Shown here: positions 9,461 to 18,097 of the stretch, one piece after another
Layout: each line of letters opens with the position of its first letter
Numbering within the stretch: position 1 is the stretch's first letter
Source: an uncultured Gammaproteobacteria bacterium
GTDB lineage: Bacteria; Patescibacteriota; Patescibacteriia; JAHIZJ01
Length of the DNA: 64,000 nt
Assembly: GCA_964371245.1 (NCBI GenBank)
Contig: CAYJKP010000001.1
Location: 315,042 to 379,041 of the forward strand
Direction: 5' to 3'
Program-made: the position numbers and the translations under genes
Notes under the pieces: model-generated
Databases searched by the model: none
The model's input: only the letters and a program-made list of their open reading frames with translations
Told to the model about the DNA's origin: nothing

Positions 9461-10099
9461 ATGGACAATAGCCAAAAAGCAGTTCACGTATACAACCAAA
9501 TAGCCGAGGACTATGCCAATGTGTTTTCAGAACCCTCTGAACATATCGACGAGTTTTTGGAACTATTACCGACCAATGGAAAGATTTTAGACGTTGGCTG
9601 CGGCAATGGCGTTGATTGTATGTACGTGAAGAACAAGGGTTTCAAAATCGTTGGTGTTGATATGTCAGAAAAGATGCTTGATATCGCAAGAAGCAAATAC
9701 CCTGAAATCGAATTTCGTCTAGGAGATATGCGAAGTCTTCAATTCGATCAAAATGAATTTGATGGCATTATTGCCTCTTGCTCACTTATTCACATTCCTA
9801 AAAAGGACATTCCAAAAACTCTAGGGCAGTTTACACGGTTTCTCAAACACGGTGGTGCAATCTACATCCAATTACAATCTGGAACATCCGAGGAGGTTTT
9901 TGTCGATGAGCCCTTTAAACCAGACGAAAAGCTGTTTGTTAATGTCATTTCACCTGACGAAATCGAACTGCTTTTACACAACGCTGGTTTTAAGATTGTA
10001 CATAAGCATGAAATACAATCACTGAAAAAAGAGGAGCTCGACTATACTCACTTAATCGTCATTGCTCGATATGCCAGCGCCCATAAAAACATCACTTAA
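9461..10099 (+). CDS. class I SAM-dependent methyltransferase
   Basis: motif I ILDVGCGNG and post-I acidic D in VGVDMSEKM; start taken at inner ATG 9461. Confidence 0.8.
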   Translation: MDNSQKAVHVYNQIAEDYANVFSEPSEHIDEFLELLPTNGKILDVGCGNGVDCMYVKNKGFKIVGVDMSEKMLDIARSKYPEIEFRLGDMRSLQFDQNEFDGIIASCSLIHIPKKDIPKTLGQFTRFLKHGGAIYIQLQSGTSEEVFVDEPFKPDEKLFVNVISPDEIELLLHNAGFKIVHKHEIQSLKKEELDYTHLIVIARYASAHKNIT

Positions 10100-10158
10100 C
10101 AGCGTCTATCTGCCATGCGCTACCGCGACACAGCAGATGATACGCAAACGTTAATGAA
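10098..10158 (+). repeat. intergenic element E2: AACAGCGTCTA - variable hairpin - ACGCAAACGTTAAT
   Basis: same flanks as E1; internal hairpin ATCTGC...GCAGAT has a different stem sequence. Confidence 0.5.
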
Positions 10159-10169
10159 ATGATAATCTT

Positions 10170-10946
10170 ATGGAAAAAGGAATAGACTACATCGGCGTCG
10201 GTTGTTGGGGAATAGTAACCAACGATCAAAATCAGATATTGCTGATCAAAAAGAAAATCAATGACTATTGGGAGCGACCCGGTGGAAATGTTGAGGTCGG
10301 CGAACGGCTCGAGGATTGCATTGTCCGGGAGGTAAAAGAAGAAACTGGCATTGAAGCCAGGGTGGCCGGCTTTGTCATGTTTGAACAGGTATTTTTCGGT
10401 CCGGACAAAAAGCATTGGCTGGCGTTTTGCTACCACCTCGAATATATTTCAGGCGAGATAAAAAATATGGAGCCTGAAAAACATGATGACATAAAGTGGT
10501 TTTCATTTTCAAGTTTGCCAAAAAACCTCAGTCCGCATACAGCTAAGGCCATAAATAAATACTTGAATAAATACACTGGCGTCATAATTGAAGAAAGCCT
10601 TGAGAATACTGACGTTTTGAAAGACGTTACGATACTCAAGACGAAAATCGAGCCAGTCACTGACAGACACAAAACGCCGTGGGTGGCTCAATGGAGTCTG
10701 CTCACTTTTGAAATTCCAAATGACCAGGCGGATATCGTTGCCGAGAAGCTGAGTAAATCACTCGACTCTCAACACAGCTGGTATGCTGACTTTAAAAATC
10801 AGGCGATCCATTATATTATTTTTCGAAATAGAATCTTCAAGATTGATCGAACGAGCAAAGAGCAATATAATGAAGCGAAGCAGTATGGATTATCGCTTGG
10901 CATACCAGATTATCAAGTTGACTTTCATCCAGAAGTTACGAAGTAG
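10170..10946 (+). CDS. NUDIX hydrolase fused to an uncharacterised about 130-aa C-terminal domain
   Basis: Nudix box GGNVEVGERLEDCIVREVKEETGIE; C-terminal half has no recognisable motif. Confidence 0.75.
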   Translation: MEKGIDYIGVGCWGIVTNDQNQILLIKKKINDYWERPGGNVEVGERLEDCIVREVKEETGIEARVAGFVMFEQVFFGPDKKHWLAFCYHLEYISGEIKNMEPEKHDDIKWFSFSSLPKNLSPHTAKAINKYLNKYTGVIIEESLENTDVLKDVTILKTKIEPVTDRHKTPWVAQWSLLTFEIPNDQADIVAEKLSKSLDSQHSWYADFKNQAIHYIIFRNRIFKIDRTSKEQYNEAKQYGLSLGIPDYQVDFHPEVTK

Positions 10947-10961
10947 GAAAGATAATATTAT

Positions 10962-11534
10962 ATGCCAGACCAAAACGCACTAATTAAAAAGACCCGCGAG
11001 TTTGTAAAGAAAGCGTTTCAGGATAATCCGCACTACAGTTTCAACCACTGGTCAGTGATGTACAACCACAGCGTCAATGTTCAGAAGCTGGCTCTGAAAA
11101 TTGCCGACGAAATCCATTGTGACAAAGCGGTCGTGGCAATCAGCGCCCTGTTGCACGATATCGGCAAAACCTATCAAGCCGATGAGATGACGCTGCACCA
11201 CAAACACGAGAATTTTAACCTGACGATGGCTGAGGGTTTTCTCAACCAGCTGGGTCTGCCTGATAATACATTGCGCGCGATCCGTGAAAACATATCGTAC
11301 CAGTCTAATTCGACAGAGATGAAAGTGGTAGATGATGCCGACGCGCTCGCGTTCTACCAGGACAAAACACTCCATATGCTATGGATCGCCTGGGCGAGCG
11401 AACGCCAGATGGAGGCTGACATTGAAAAGAAGCTCAATAAATACGAACGCCTCAATTTCGATATCAGCCGGCGTTTAGGAAAACCGTGGCTCGAGCAGAC
11501 CAAAAAAGACTGGGAGGCGTATCGGAATACTTAA
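10962..11534 (+). CDS. HD-domain phosphohydrolase
   Basis: H...HD motif (NHSVNVQKLA ... LLHDIGK). Confidence 0.75.
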   Translation: MPDQNALIKKTREFVKKAFQDNPHYSFNHWSVMYNHSVNVQKLALKIADEIHCDKAVVAISALLHDIGKTYQADEMTLHHKHENFNLTMAEGFLNQLGLPDNTLRAIRENISYQSNSTEMKVVDDADALAFYQDKTLHMLWIAWASERQMEADIEKKLNKYERLNFDISRRLGKPWLEQTKKDWEAYRNT

Positions 11535-11557
11535 TTACTTGGTTTGGTACTAATAAA

Positions 11558-12127
11558 ATGCCAAAAACATTGCTGATCATAATTTCGGGCAAGCCCGGCA
11601 CGGGCAAGACAACCCTGGGCAAGAAAATCGCCAAAGAATTCCATTTGCCGTATGTCGGCAAAGACGTCATCAAGGAATCCCTGTTTGACGACCTGGGCTG
11701 GAGCAACCGCGAGTGGTCGAGAAAGGTAGGCGTGGCGACGTACAGCATTTTGCACTACTTCATTGAGTCGCTATTATCAGCCGGCGTGTCATTCATCGCC
11801 GAAAGCAACTTCAAACCAGAATTTGAAAACGAGAAGTTCCTAGCGCTGAAGAAAAAATACGGTTTCGAGCCGTTTCAGATCATGTGCGAAACTAAGGGAG
11901 AGGTATTGTTTGAACGGTTTAAGGCGCGTACGGCGTCAGGCGAGCGCCATCCCGGTCACGTGGACCATTTAAATCTGGATGAGTTCAGGGCCATGCTGCT
12001 GACGGGCGACCACGAAAGCCTGGATATCGGCGGCCAGGTTTACCGTCTTGATACCACCGATTTTAAGTCGATTGATTACAAAAAATTATACCGTATGATT
12101 AGATCGGTAACGTCAACGCTTGCTTGA
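11558..12127 (+). CDS. P-loop NTPase/kinase (AAA_33 or zeta-toxin-like small kinase)
   Basis: Walker A GKPGTGKTT; DxxG-like region; start at inner ATG 11558. Confidence 0.6.
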   Translation: MPKTLLIIISGKPGTGKTTLGKKIAKEFHLPYVGKDVIKESLFDDLGWSNREWSRKVGVATYSILHYFIESLLSAGVSFIAESNFKPEFENEKFLALKKKYGFEPFQIMCETKGEVLFERFKARTASGERHPGHVDHLNLDEFRAMLLTGDHESLDIGGQVYRLDTTDFKSIDYKKLYRMIRSVTSTLA

Positions 12128-12189
12128 TTTGGGAAACGGTTCTAGTATAAGAAAGCGATAAATTATTAACTATTTTAGGAGATAATCAT

Positions 12190-12408
12190 ATGATGAATTA
12201 TGGCTTCGCACCGGTTGGCTTGATTTTCATGCTTCTGTTTTGGGTCCTGGTGATTTTTGGCATTGCCGCTCTGGCCAAATGGCTGGCCGGCCAAAATAAA
12301 GGCGACCGCAACAGCGACAAATCAGCCCTGGATATCCTCAAAGAGCGCTACGCAAAAGGCGAGATTAAGAAAAAGGAATTTGAAGAAAAGAAAAAGGATT
12401 TGCGTTAA
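12190..12408 (+). CDS. SHOCT-domain membrane protein
   Basis: N-terminal TM helix; C-terminal [25 protein letters not shown] motif; AGGAG RBS. Confidence 0.7.
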   Translation: MMNYGFAPVGLIFMLLFWVLVIFGIAALAKWLAGQNKGDRNSDKSALDILKERYAKGEIKKKEFEEKKKDLR

Positions 12409-12432
12409 AAAATTGTAACCCAGCTGCTTATG

Positions 12433-12459
12433 AAAAACCCGCCTTGATAGCGGGTTTTT
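12433..12459. terminator. bidirectional intrinsic terminator (AACCCGC-cttgata-GCGGGTT flanked by A-run and T-run)
   Basis: 7-bp GC stem, A5 upstream and T5 downstream, between convergent genes. Confidence 0.65.
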
Positions 12460-12475
12460 ATATAGCTCGCAAATA

Positions 12476-13939
12476 TTATTTCTTCAGCGGGTCATGTTTC
12501 GAGAGAACCTCAGTCTTGTCGTTGAACCCGTCTTCGTCCGTATCAGCCTTCATCGGGCTGGTACCGAGCTCGCGCTCGCGCTGGTTGGTGAGGCCGTCGC
12601 CGTCGCTGTCCTGGTCAAATTCCGCGAGGGTTGACTCGACGTCATCAGGCACCGGCCAGGTTTTCGGAAAGATATAGACAGTGAACTGGATATCATCGCG
12701 GATCCCGATTTTCAAGCCGTCATCGCAGGTGTATTGGGCGGCGTAGATGTCGGCCAGGCCCGCTTGTTTGAAGTAGTTTACCTGGCAGAAGTCTTTCGTA
12801 TTTGACGTGTTTTCATATTTGCCGTAGGTATAGTGGTCGGTATAAAAGGTGAACAGGATTTTATCGCTCGGTTTAAACGCACCGATGTATGATGGCGTGA
12901 ATTTACCCGTGACAATTACCTCAGGGTTCGTGCAGTCGCCGTGGAAACGGCCCAGGTCTTTTGAAGCGTCGCCGACCTGCGCGACCACCCGCATGCCCGC
13001 GGCCGAGCAGTACCAATTCGGGTCGACGAAGAGAGCGCCCTCTGGAACGTGCGCGTACCAATCATTTTCATCCACCAGGATCGGCGGTACGGGCTCGATG
13101 ACGATCGGGGCGTTAACGTTCTGATTGGCGTTGGAATTTTGATTCGCGTTCCCGTTGAGATTTACATTGAGGTTCGGCGGCACATTCGTATTGCCGTTCA
13201 GGTTTGCGTTAGGCTGGTTGGTATTCAGGTTGGCATTGCCGTTTTCATTTTCATTCCCCGAGTTTGTGTTGAGATTGATATTCAGGTTCGTATTCTCGTT
13301 CGCGTTGGCATTGGCGTTTTCATTACCGGCGTTCGTGTTTAGGTTACTATTGAGATTACCGTTGTCAATAATCACATTGAGATTCTGATTGGTATTTTCG
13401 TTTCCATTGACGTTGATAATAACGGGTTCGCTCGCATTCGTGTTTATATTCTCATTGTCGGTGTTGCCGGTATCGTTCAGATTCGACCAGACCGGCTCGT
13501 CGCCGTTAACGTTCAAATTCGTATTGTCATTTGCGTTCGCGTTCCTGTTATCATCCGGGATAATCACGCCGCCGATTCCGGAGAAGTCGGGCACCGGCAA
13601 ATCCTTGAGCTCGTCAGCGGCATACTCGTGCTTTTGCAGGGCCTGGAGTTCGCTGGCTGACACCTGTTTGACTGGTAACCAGTCTTCGGCCAGGTATTTA
13701 AAAAAGCCGACCACTGATTTCTGTTCAGCTACTTCCTCGATAATGTCAGTTCCATTATTTTGCGATTGATTTTTTGGGTTATTCGTTGGCTGAATGGTCG
13801 TGTTTTGATTTACATCCGTGCCGCGAAAATAAACAACCGCCTGCCAGGATATGACGGCGATCAAGATAACAGCTGCGCCAATAACGAGGCCAGTAAGGAC
13901 GGCGATACCGAGCTCGTTGAATTTTTGCCTTCTACTCAT
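12476..13939 (-). CDS. membrane-anchored protein with a long Asn-rich low-complexity region and C-terminal thrombospondin type-3-like Ca-binding repeats
   Basis: N-terminal TM helix; about 150 aa of NxN/NANLNTN repeats; C-terminal DQDSDGDGLTNQRE...DTDEDGFND (DxDxDG). Confidence 0.65.
   Translation of the reverse strand: MSRRQKFNELGIAVLTGLVIGAAVILIAVISWQAVVYFRGTDVNQNTTIQPTNNPKNQSQNNGTDIIEEVAEQKSVVGFFKYLAEDWLPVKQVSASELQALQKHEYAADELKDLPVPDFSGIGGVIIPDDNRNANANDNTNLNVNGDEPVWSNLNDTGNTDNENINTNASEPVIINVNGNENTNQNLNVIIDNGNLNSNLNTNAGNENANANANENTNLNINLNTNSGNENENGNANLNTNQPNANLNGNTNVPPNLNVNLNGNANQNSNANQNVNAPIVIEPVPPILVDENDWYAHVPEGALFVDPNWYCSAAGMRVVAQVGDASKDLGRFHGDCTNPEVIVTGKFTPSYIGAFKPSDKILFTFYTDHYTYGKYENTSNTKDFCQVNYFKQAGLADIYAAQYTCDDGLKIGIRDDIQFTVYIFPKTWPVPDDVESTLAEFDQDSDGDGLTNQRERELGTSPMKADTDEDGFNDKTEVLSKHDPLKK
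13100..13560 (-). repeat. degenerate short tandem repeats encoding the Asn-rich tract (GTT/ATT-rich on + strand)
   Basis: seen in sequence; coding low-complexity. Confidence 0.6.
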
Positions 13940-14007
13940 ACGGGTGATGTTTAATAAATACTCTTTAACTCAATATACCACGGGCGCATTGTAACTGACC
14001 AGGATTA

Positions 14008-14086
14008 AATTCAAAATTCAAAAGGTAAAATTATTGTACCCGCTAACGGCGGGATTCTATCATTTTTAATTGTTAATTTTGAATTT
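14008..14086 (+). repeat. AATTCAAAATT-arm hairpin element, copy A (arms AAATTCAAAATTCAAAAGG / AATTTTGAATTT; core CCCGC-taacg-GCGGG)
   Basis: one of four copies sharing arm sequences and architecture, with a different compensating core stem. Confidence 0.6.
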
Positions 14087-14207
14087 CCTGTATTCACATT
14101 AATTAAAAATAAAACGGACAGCCCTTGTGCGGACGGATGTCCGTACGAGGCTGCCCGGCCGGCGTGGCTACCCTAGGCGGGTGTCAGCCGGCGGCCGTGG
14201 TGGAAGA

Positions 14208-14996
14208 TCAGGCCCGCGTCATGCCGTTGAAGTTCGGCTTGATGACGTGGTACCGTCCCTGCCAGGCCGCGTTGGTCGTGAGAGCGATCTGCGCCATGGT
14301 TCCGACGTACTGGCCGTTCGCGATGTTGGCCACGTCGGTGTTCTGCCCCGCCGTAACCGCGAAGTCGTCGCAGGTGTTGGCGGTGGTGCTCATCGGGATC
14401 GAGTTCTCGTCGTTCTTGTAGGTACGGGTCGTCGTCGTGTTCGCGTTCTGTTCGCGGGCATCGGCGGCGGTCTTCGTGTCGGTGATCAGGGCGGCGTCGG
14501 TCTGCGCGTTGGATCTGTTTTGCGCCTCCTGCCGTGTCGAAGTAGCGACCAGCGGGTTACCCGAGAAGCCGACCTCGAAGGAAGAAGGAACGGAAGCCAG
14601 GGTGCCGGCAAGGAAGGTCGCGTTGGCTCTGCCCTCGCTTCCTACCGTGACCGCGATGGTCTGCTTCGCGATCCAGCTCGATTCCTCAGCGGTGTTGTTG
14701 TTGATCGTCAGCTCGTTCTCGGCATAGGTCTTGCTCGTGGTAGCCGTGAACTGGTCCACCCTACCCGCGGCCTCGCAGGTAATACCGGTGGAAGTGCTGA
14801 TGATGGTCTCGCTGCTGACGGCGTCGGCGGTCGATGTGCCGGCGGTCAGCGCGTCCGGGGCGATGGTCACGACCTGCGCGTCATTGTCGAACACCTGCGG
14901 GCTGATGGCCGTATTGGTGTTGGCGCTGCAGAACGTGGCCGGGATCAGGAACACAACCGCGAACAGTGCGAGTATCCAGAACTGCGTTCTCCTCAT
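14208..14996 (-). CDS. secreted Thr/Ala/Asn-rich protein, high-GC
   Basis: GGAGGG RBS 7 nt upstream of ATG 14996 (complement); signal peptide MRRTQFWILALFAVVFLIPATFCSA; terminator on minus strand at about 14110-14150. Confidence 0.6.
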   Translation of the reverse strand: MRRTQFWILALFAVVFLIPATFCSANTNTAISPQVFDNDAQVVTIAPDALTAGTSTADAVSSETIISTSTGITCEAAGRVDQFTATTSKTYAENELTINNNTAEESSWIAKQTIAVTVGSEGRANATFLAGTLASVPSSFEVGFSGNPLVATSTRQEAQNRSNAQTDAALITDTKTAADAREQNANTTTTRTYKNDENSIPMSTTANTCDDFAVTAGQNTDVANIANGQYVGTMAQIALTTNAAWQGRYHVIKPNFNGMTRA

Positions 14997-15282
14997 GGGG
15001 AATCCCTCCAAGAGGTGACGGTCACTACAATCAGCGTGTTTAAGCACCGATGTCGTGTGTTACGCTTGGTCCTTTCGCGGGTCCTCCAATTCCCGAAAGG
15101 GTGTTGCCGTCGCAGAAACGACGGATTAGCGGGCATTGATACAAAACACTCTACTATAAGAATATCGACAAATTAAAGAGAAATCAAGTTTTTGTCAAGA
15201 CTTTTTTGATGCCGCCGGCATTTTACTTTCTTTTTCCGGCGTTTTTGATACAATGAAGGCAATAATACGTCATAATAATACT

Positions 15283-16080
15283 ATGGAAACACCAACCACT
15301 ACCGCCTTCGTCCAACCTGACACGCGCTTTCGGCGGTTGCGCACGTTTAATCTGGCCATGTTCGTTCTCCACCTCGGCCAGGGGATCGCGATGCTTATTT
15401 TGAGCAATGATTTCAGTGTGCCAGTCACGACCGCCTTTGTTGAATACAGCCGATCAGCCGGGAAGCTTGAGCCGGTACTCAACCAAATATTCAGTCTTAA
15501 ACTCGGTCCGTTGGTCGCCGGTTTTTTGTTTCTCTCGGCCTTGGCCCATCTCATGATCTCACTGCCACGGATCTACGACTGGTACGTCGCCAATTTGAAG
15601 CGCGGCCTGAACCTGGCGCGCTGGATCGAGTATGCCTTTAGCTCCTCGATCATGATTGTCGTCATCTCTATGCTGGTCGGAATGTACGATGGCATCAGCC
15701 TTATGTTCGCGTTTTTTCTTAACATGATGATGATTTTATTCGGCTGGGTGATGGAAGTGCACAATCAAACAACCCAGAAGACTAATTGGACGTCATATAT
15801 CTTCGGCTGTATCGCCGGCGCGATCCCGTGGGTGGGTGTTGCGCTCTATCTGTTTTTGTCAGGCAGCGGCAATGCCAAAGCGCCGACATTTGTCTATTGG
15901 ATTTTCTTTTCTATCTTTCTGTTTTTCAATGTCTTCGCAATAAACATGATTCTCCAGTATAAGAAAGTCGGGCCGTGGCGCGATTATCTCTATGGCGAGC
16001 GTGCCTATATCATCCTCAGCCTGGTAGCAAAGTCATTGCTCGCCTGGCAGGTCTGGGCCGGAACATTGCGGCCGGTATAA
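15283..16080 (+). CDS. heliorhodopsin (alternative upstream start at 15253)
   Basis: 7-TM; RWIEYAFSSSIMIVVI, ILFGWVMEVHNQT, FGCIAGAIPWVGVALY and YGERAYIILSLVAKSLLAWQVWAGTL (Schiff-base Lys in VAKS) match the heliorhodopsin family as recalled for HeR 48C12; TGATACAAT extended -10 at 15241-15249. Confidence 0.8.
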   Translation: METPTTTAFVQPDTRFRRLRTFNLAMFVLHLGQGIAMLILSNDFSVPVTTAFVEYSRSAGKLEPVLNQIFSLKLGPLVAGFLFLSALAHLMISLPRIYDWYVANLKRGLNLARWIEYAFSSSIMIVVISMLVGMYDGISLMFAFFLNMMMILFGWVMEVHNQTTQKTNWTSYIFGCIAGAIPWVGVALYLFLSGSGNAKAPTFVYWIFFSIFLFFNVFAINMILQYKKVGPWRDYLYGERAYIILSLVAKSLLAWQVWAGTLRPV

Positions 16081-16091
16081 TAAGCAATTAA

Positions 16092-16160
16092 GAATTCAAA
16101 ATTAAGAATTAAAAATGTCGGTAGGCGACTGCGTCGCTAGAATAATATTTAGTACGATTA
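16092..16160 (+). repeat. AATTCAAAATT-arm hairpin element, copy B (core GCGAC-tgc-GTCGC)
   Basis: GAATTCAAAATTAAGAATTAAAAATGTCGGT precedes the hairpin, as in copies C and D. Confidence 0.6.
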
Positions 16161-16177
16161 TTAGTTAAGCCTTTTTT

Positions 16178-16666
16178 ATGGAAACACCCGCCGAACAAAA
16201 ACCCGTGAATCCGAGTAGCCGGCCAGTAACGCCAATCTGGTTTTTCCTCCTTATCATTATTGGACTAATTATTGTAATAGCCTTTGGTTATCTCGCCTAC
16301 ACAACAATTAATAGTAATGAAAATACAGAAGCAATTCACGTTGTGGCAAAAGTCAATAAATTAGAAGGAATTCCGAATGCCGAGGCTATCATCAAGGCGT
16401 GTCACCTGAAAAGATTTAATGCGCCGCGCTATGATCCTGTTCAAGTAGAATCACGCCCTGACGGGAAAATCAGGGTGATGTATCCTTGCTGTGACCTGCC
16501 TTATTATATCCTTGATTCAAATGCCGAATACCTATGCGATATAGGCGGTATGCCAAAACACATACCATACCCAGACGAATGTCCTGATTCGATTGCCATA
16601 TATGATAATGGAACATATATTGATTGTTCAACCTATAATACCAAAACAACTCCATTTTATCCCTAA
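16178..16666 (+). CDS. membrane-anchored Cys-rich protein, N-terminal METPAEQKPV motif
   Basis: N-terminal tail plus single TM helix; paralogous N-terminus with the next gene. Confidence 0.55.
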   Translation: METPAEQKPVNPSSRPVTPIWFFLLIIIGLIIVIAFGYLAYTTINSNENTEAIHVVAKVNKLEGIPNAEAIIKACHLKRFNAPRYDPVQVESRPDGKIRVMYPCCDLPYYILDSNAEYLCDIGGMPKHIPYPDECPDSIAIYDNGTYIDCSTYNTKTTPFYP

Positions 16667-16752
16667 TAACATTATTTTATAGCATAGACAACGAAGTCAT
16701 AGAAAAACCACGACAGTAAAACATTTGGATTATTAATTAGATACAAATTTGT

Positions 16753-17502
16753 ATGGAAACACCAGTTGAACAAAAACCCGTTGGCTCAGTAGAGCAGCCA
16801 GTTAAGCCAATTGAAAAACCAACGAAGAAACATCACCGTCTCCGCACGACGCTGATCGTCTTGGCTATTATCATTGTTGTGTTCGGAGTTGGCATCGCCG
16901 CCACCGGACTGATTACAATACCGGGTCTCTCCGATATCCTCGGTACCAATACGCCAAAAGACCTGGGCATAAAAGCCAGCCAGGAGGCGTTGACCAGTTT
17001 GGAAAAGAAAATGCCGGTGACGATTGAGGGCAGCGCGGCGGAATTATGCCTGGCCTGCAACCAGACGTATTCGGGCGTGGTTTCAGTTACCGCCAACCGT
17101 ACGTCCGAAGAGATGACTTCCTTTCTCAAGCTCTGGCCGCGCCAGGAAGATGATATTTTAAAGAATACTCAGGTAAAATTTATTGACGGCGGTCTAGAAA
17201 TATCAACTAAGCTGAATAAATATATTCAAGCGCCCGTCTACGTGAAGGTGTTGGTCGAGCGAACGTCAAATAAAACCGTACGCCTTAATATCACCCAGGG
17301 CAAGATCGGCATTTTCAACGTGCCGGAAAAATACCTCCGCCAGGCGAACGACTTTTTCCAGGACCTTGTAAATAACCGCCTAGCCGATGTGACCGGCTTT
17401 TCCATGGACCAGCTTGAATATCACAATGGGTACTCGACATTTTCCGGTACCTATCCAGCAGTGGTAAAGCCGGCGGCAGGAAAGTGGACGGAAGCGTTTT
17501 AA
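16753..17502 (+). CDS. membrane-anchored extracellular protein, N-terminal METPVEQKPV motif
   Basis: N-terminal tail plus TM helix; shares the METPxEQKPV N-terminus. Confidence 0.55.
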   Translation: METPVEQKPVGSVEQPVKPIEKPTKKHHRLRTTLIVLAIIIVVFGVGIAATGLITIPGLSDILGTNTPKDLGIKASQEALTSLEKKMPVTIEGSAAELCLACNQTYSGVVSVTANRTSEEMTSFLKLWPRQEDDILKNTQVKFIDGGLEISTKLNKYIQAPVYVKVLVERTSNKTVRLNITQGKIGIFNVPEKYLRQANDFFQDLVNNRLADVTGFSMDQLEYHNGYSTFSGTYPAVVKPAAGKWTEAF

Positions 17503-17588
17503 AAAGACGACCACAGATTGACATACCGGGCGCGGCCATGATATTGTGGCCGCGTCGGTTTTCGTTTCATCCAACCACGGAGGGGTGC

Positions 17589-18008
17589 ATGAACTCGACG
17601 ATGTGGTCGTGGAAGCAGTGGGGGAAACTGGTCCTCTACGACGTGTTCTTTCTGATCGTGATCGGGATCGCCCTAACAGCCGCCAGTCATCGCAGCATCT
17701 TTGGTCGACTGGTTTGGTCGGCTGGCCTGGCGGGCTTTTCCGGACTGATCGGACTGGTCTTCAGCATCGGGCCGAGATATTTCGTCAACGTCGACAACCA
17801 GCCCGCTCGGATCGTGCTCTGGCTCGTTTTCAGCGCGGCAGTCATCGGCCCGCTGGCACTCGTTACCCTCTGGTCCTGGGAACTGAAGGCCGGTTTGGAC
17901 GCAATCGCGCTGATAGGCGGCGGCCTGGCTGGTTACTTCTGGAGCCAGCTTGACCGCTGGCGCCGCACCCTCAGGGCTGGCAGTGTCCAGCCGTCGCGCC
18001 TGACGTAA
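17589..18008 (+). CDS. hypothetical 4-TM membrane protein, high-GC
   Basis: GGAGGGG RBS 5 nt upstream of ATG 17589; hydrophobic; about 60% GC. Confidence 0.5.
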   Translation: MNSTMWSWKQWGKLVLYDVFFLIVIGIALTAASHRSIFGRLVWSAGLAGFSGLIGLVFSIGPRYFVNVDNQPARIVLWLVFSAAVIGPLALVTLWSWELKAGLDAIALIGGGLAGYFWSQLDRWRRTLRAGSVQPSRLT

Positions 18009-18053
18009 TCCGTCGGGCCTTTTAATTTTCGCACTATAACACAGGTTTTTAAA

Positions 18054-18078
18054 TAAAAAATCCGGAATATGCCGGAAA
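18054..18078 (-). terminator. terminator of ABC permease gene (TCCGG-aatatg-CCGGA with A-run)
   Basis: hairpin with T-run on the minus strand. Confidence 0.45.
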
Positions 18079-18097
18079 TATAATGCCTAAACGAAAA

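Noticed and set aside
12444-12677. + strand ORF 12444..12677 and other short + ORFs (12849..13388) opposite the Asn-rich gene
   Set aside because: They are antisense reading frames through low-complexity repeat DNA. The minus-strand gene has TM, TSP3 motifs and terminator support.
13100-13560. CRISPR array, suggested by the Asn-tract DNA repeats and the 45-bp tandem repeats at 34405-34539
   Set aside because: Both lie inside ORFs and keep the reading frame. The repeats are contiguous with no unique spacers and no cas genes. They are coding tandem repeats.
14008-14086. MITE/transposon interpretation of the AATTCAAAATT hairpin elements
   Set aside because: There are no target-site duplications and no transposase. 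The four copies differ substantially, with compensatory stem changes, rather than being near-identical recent insertions.
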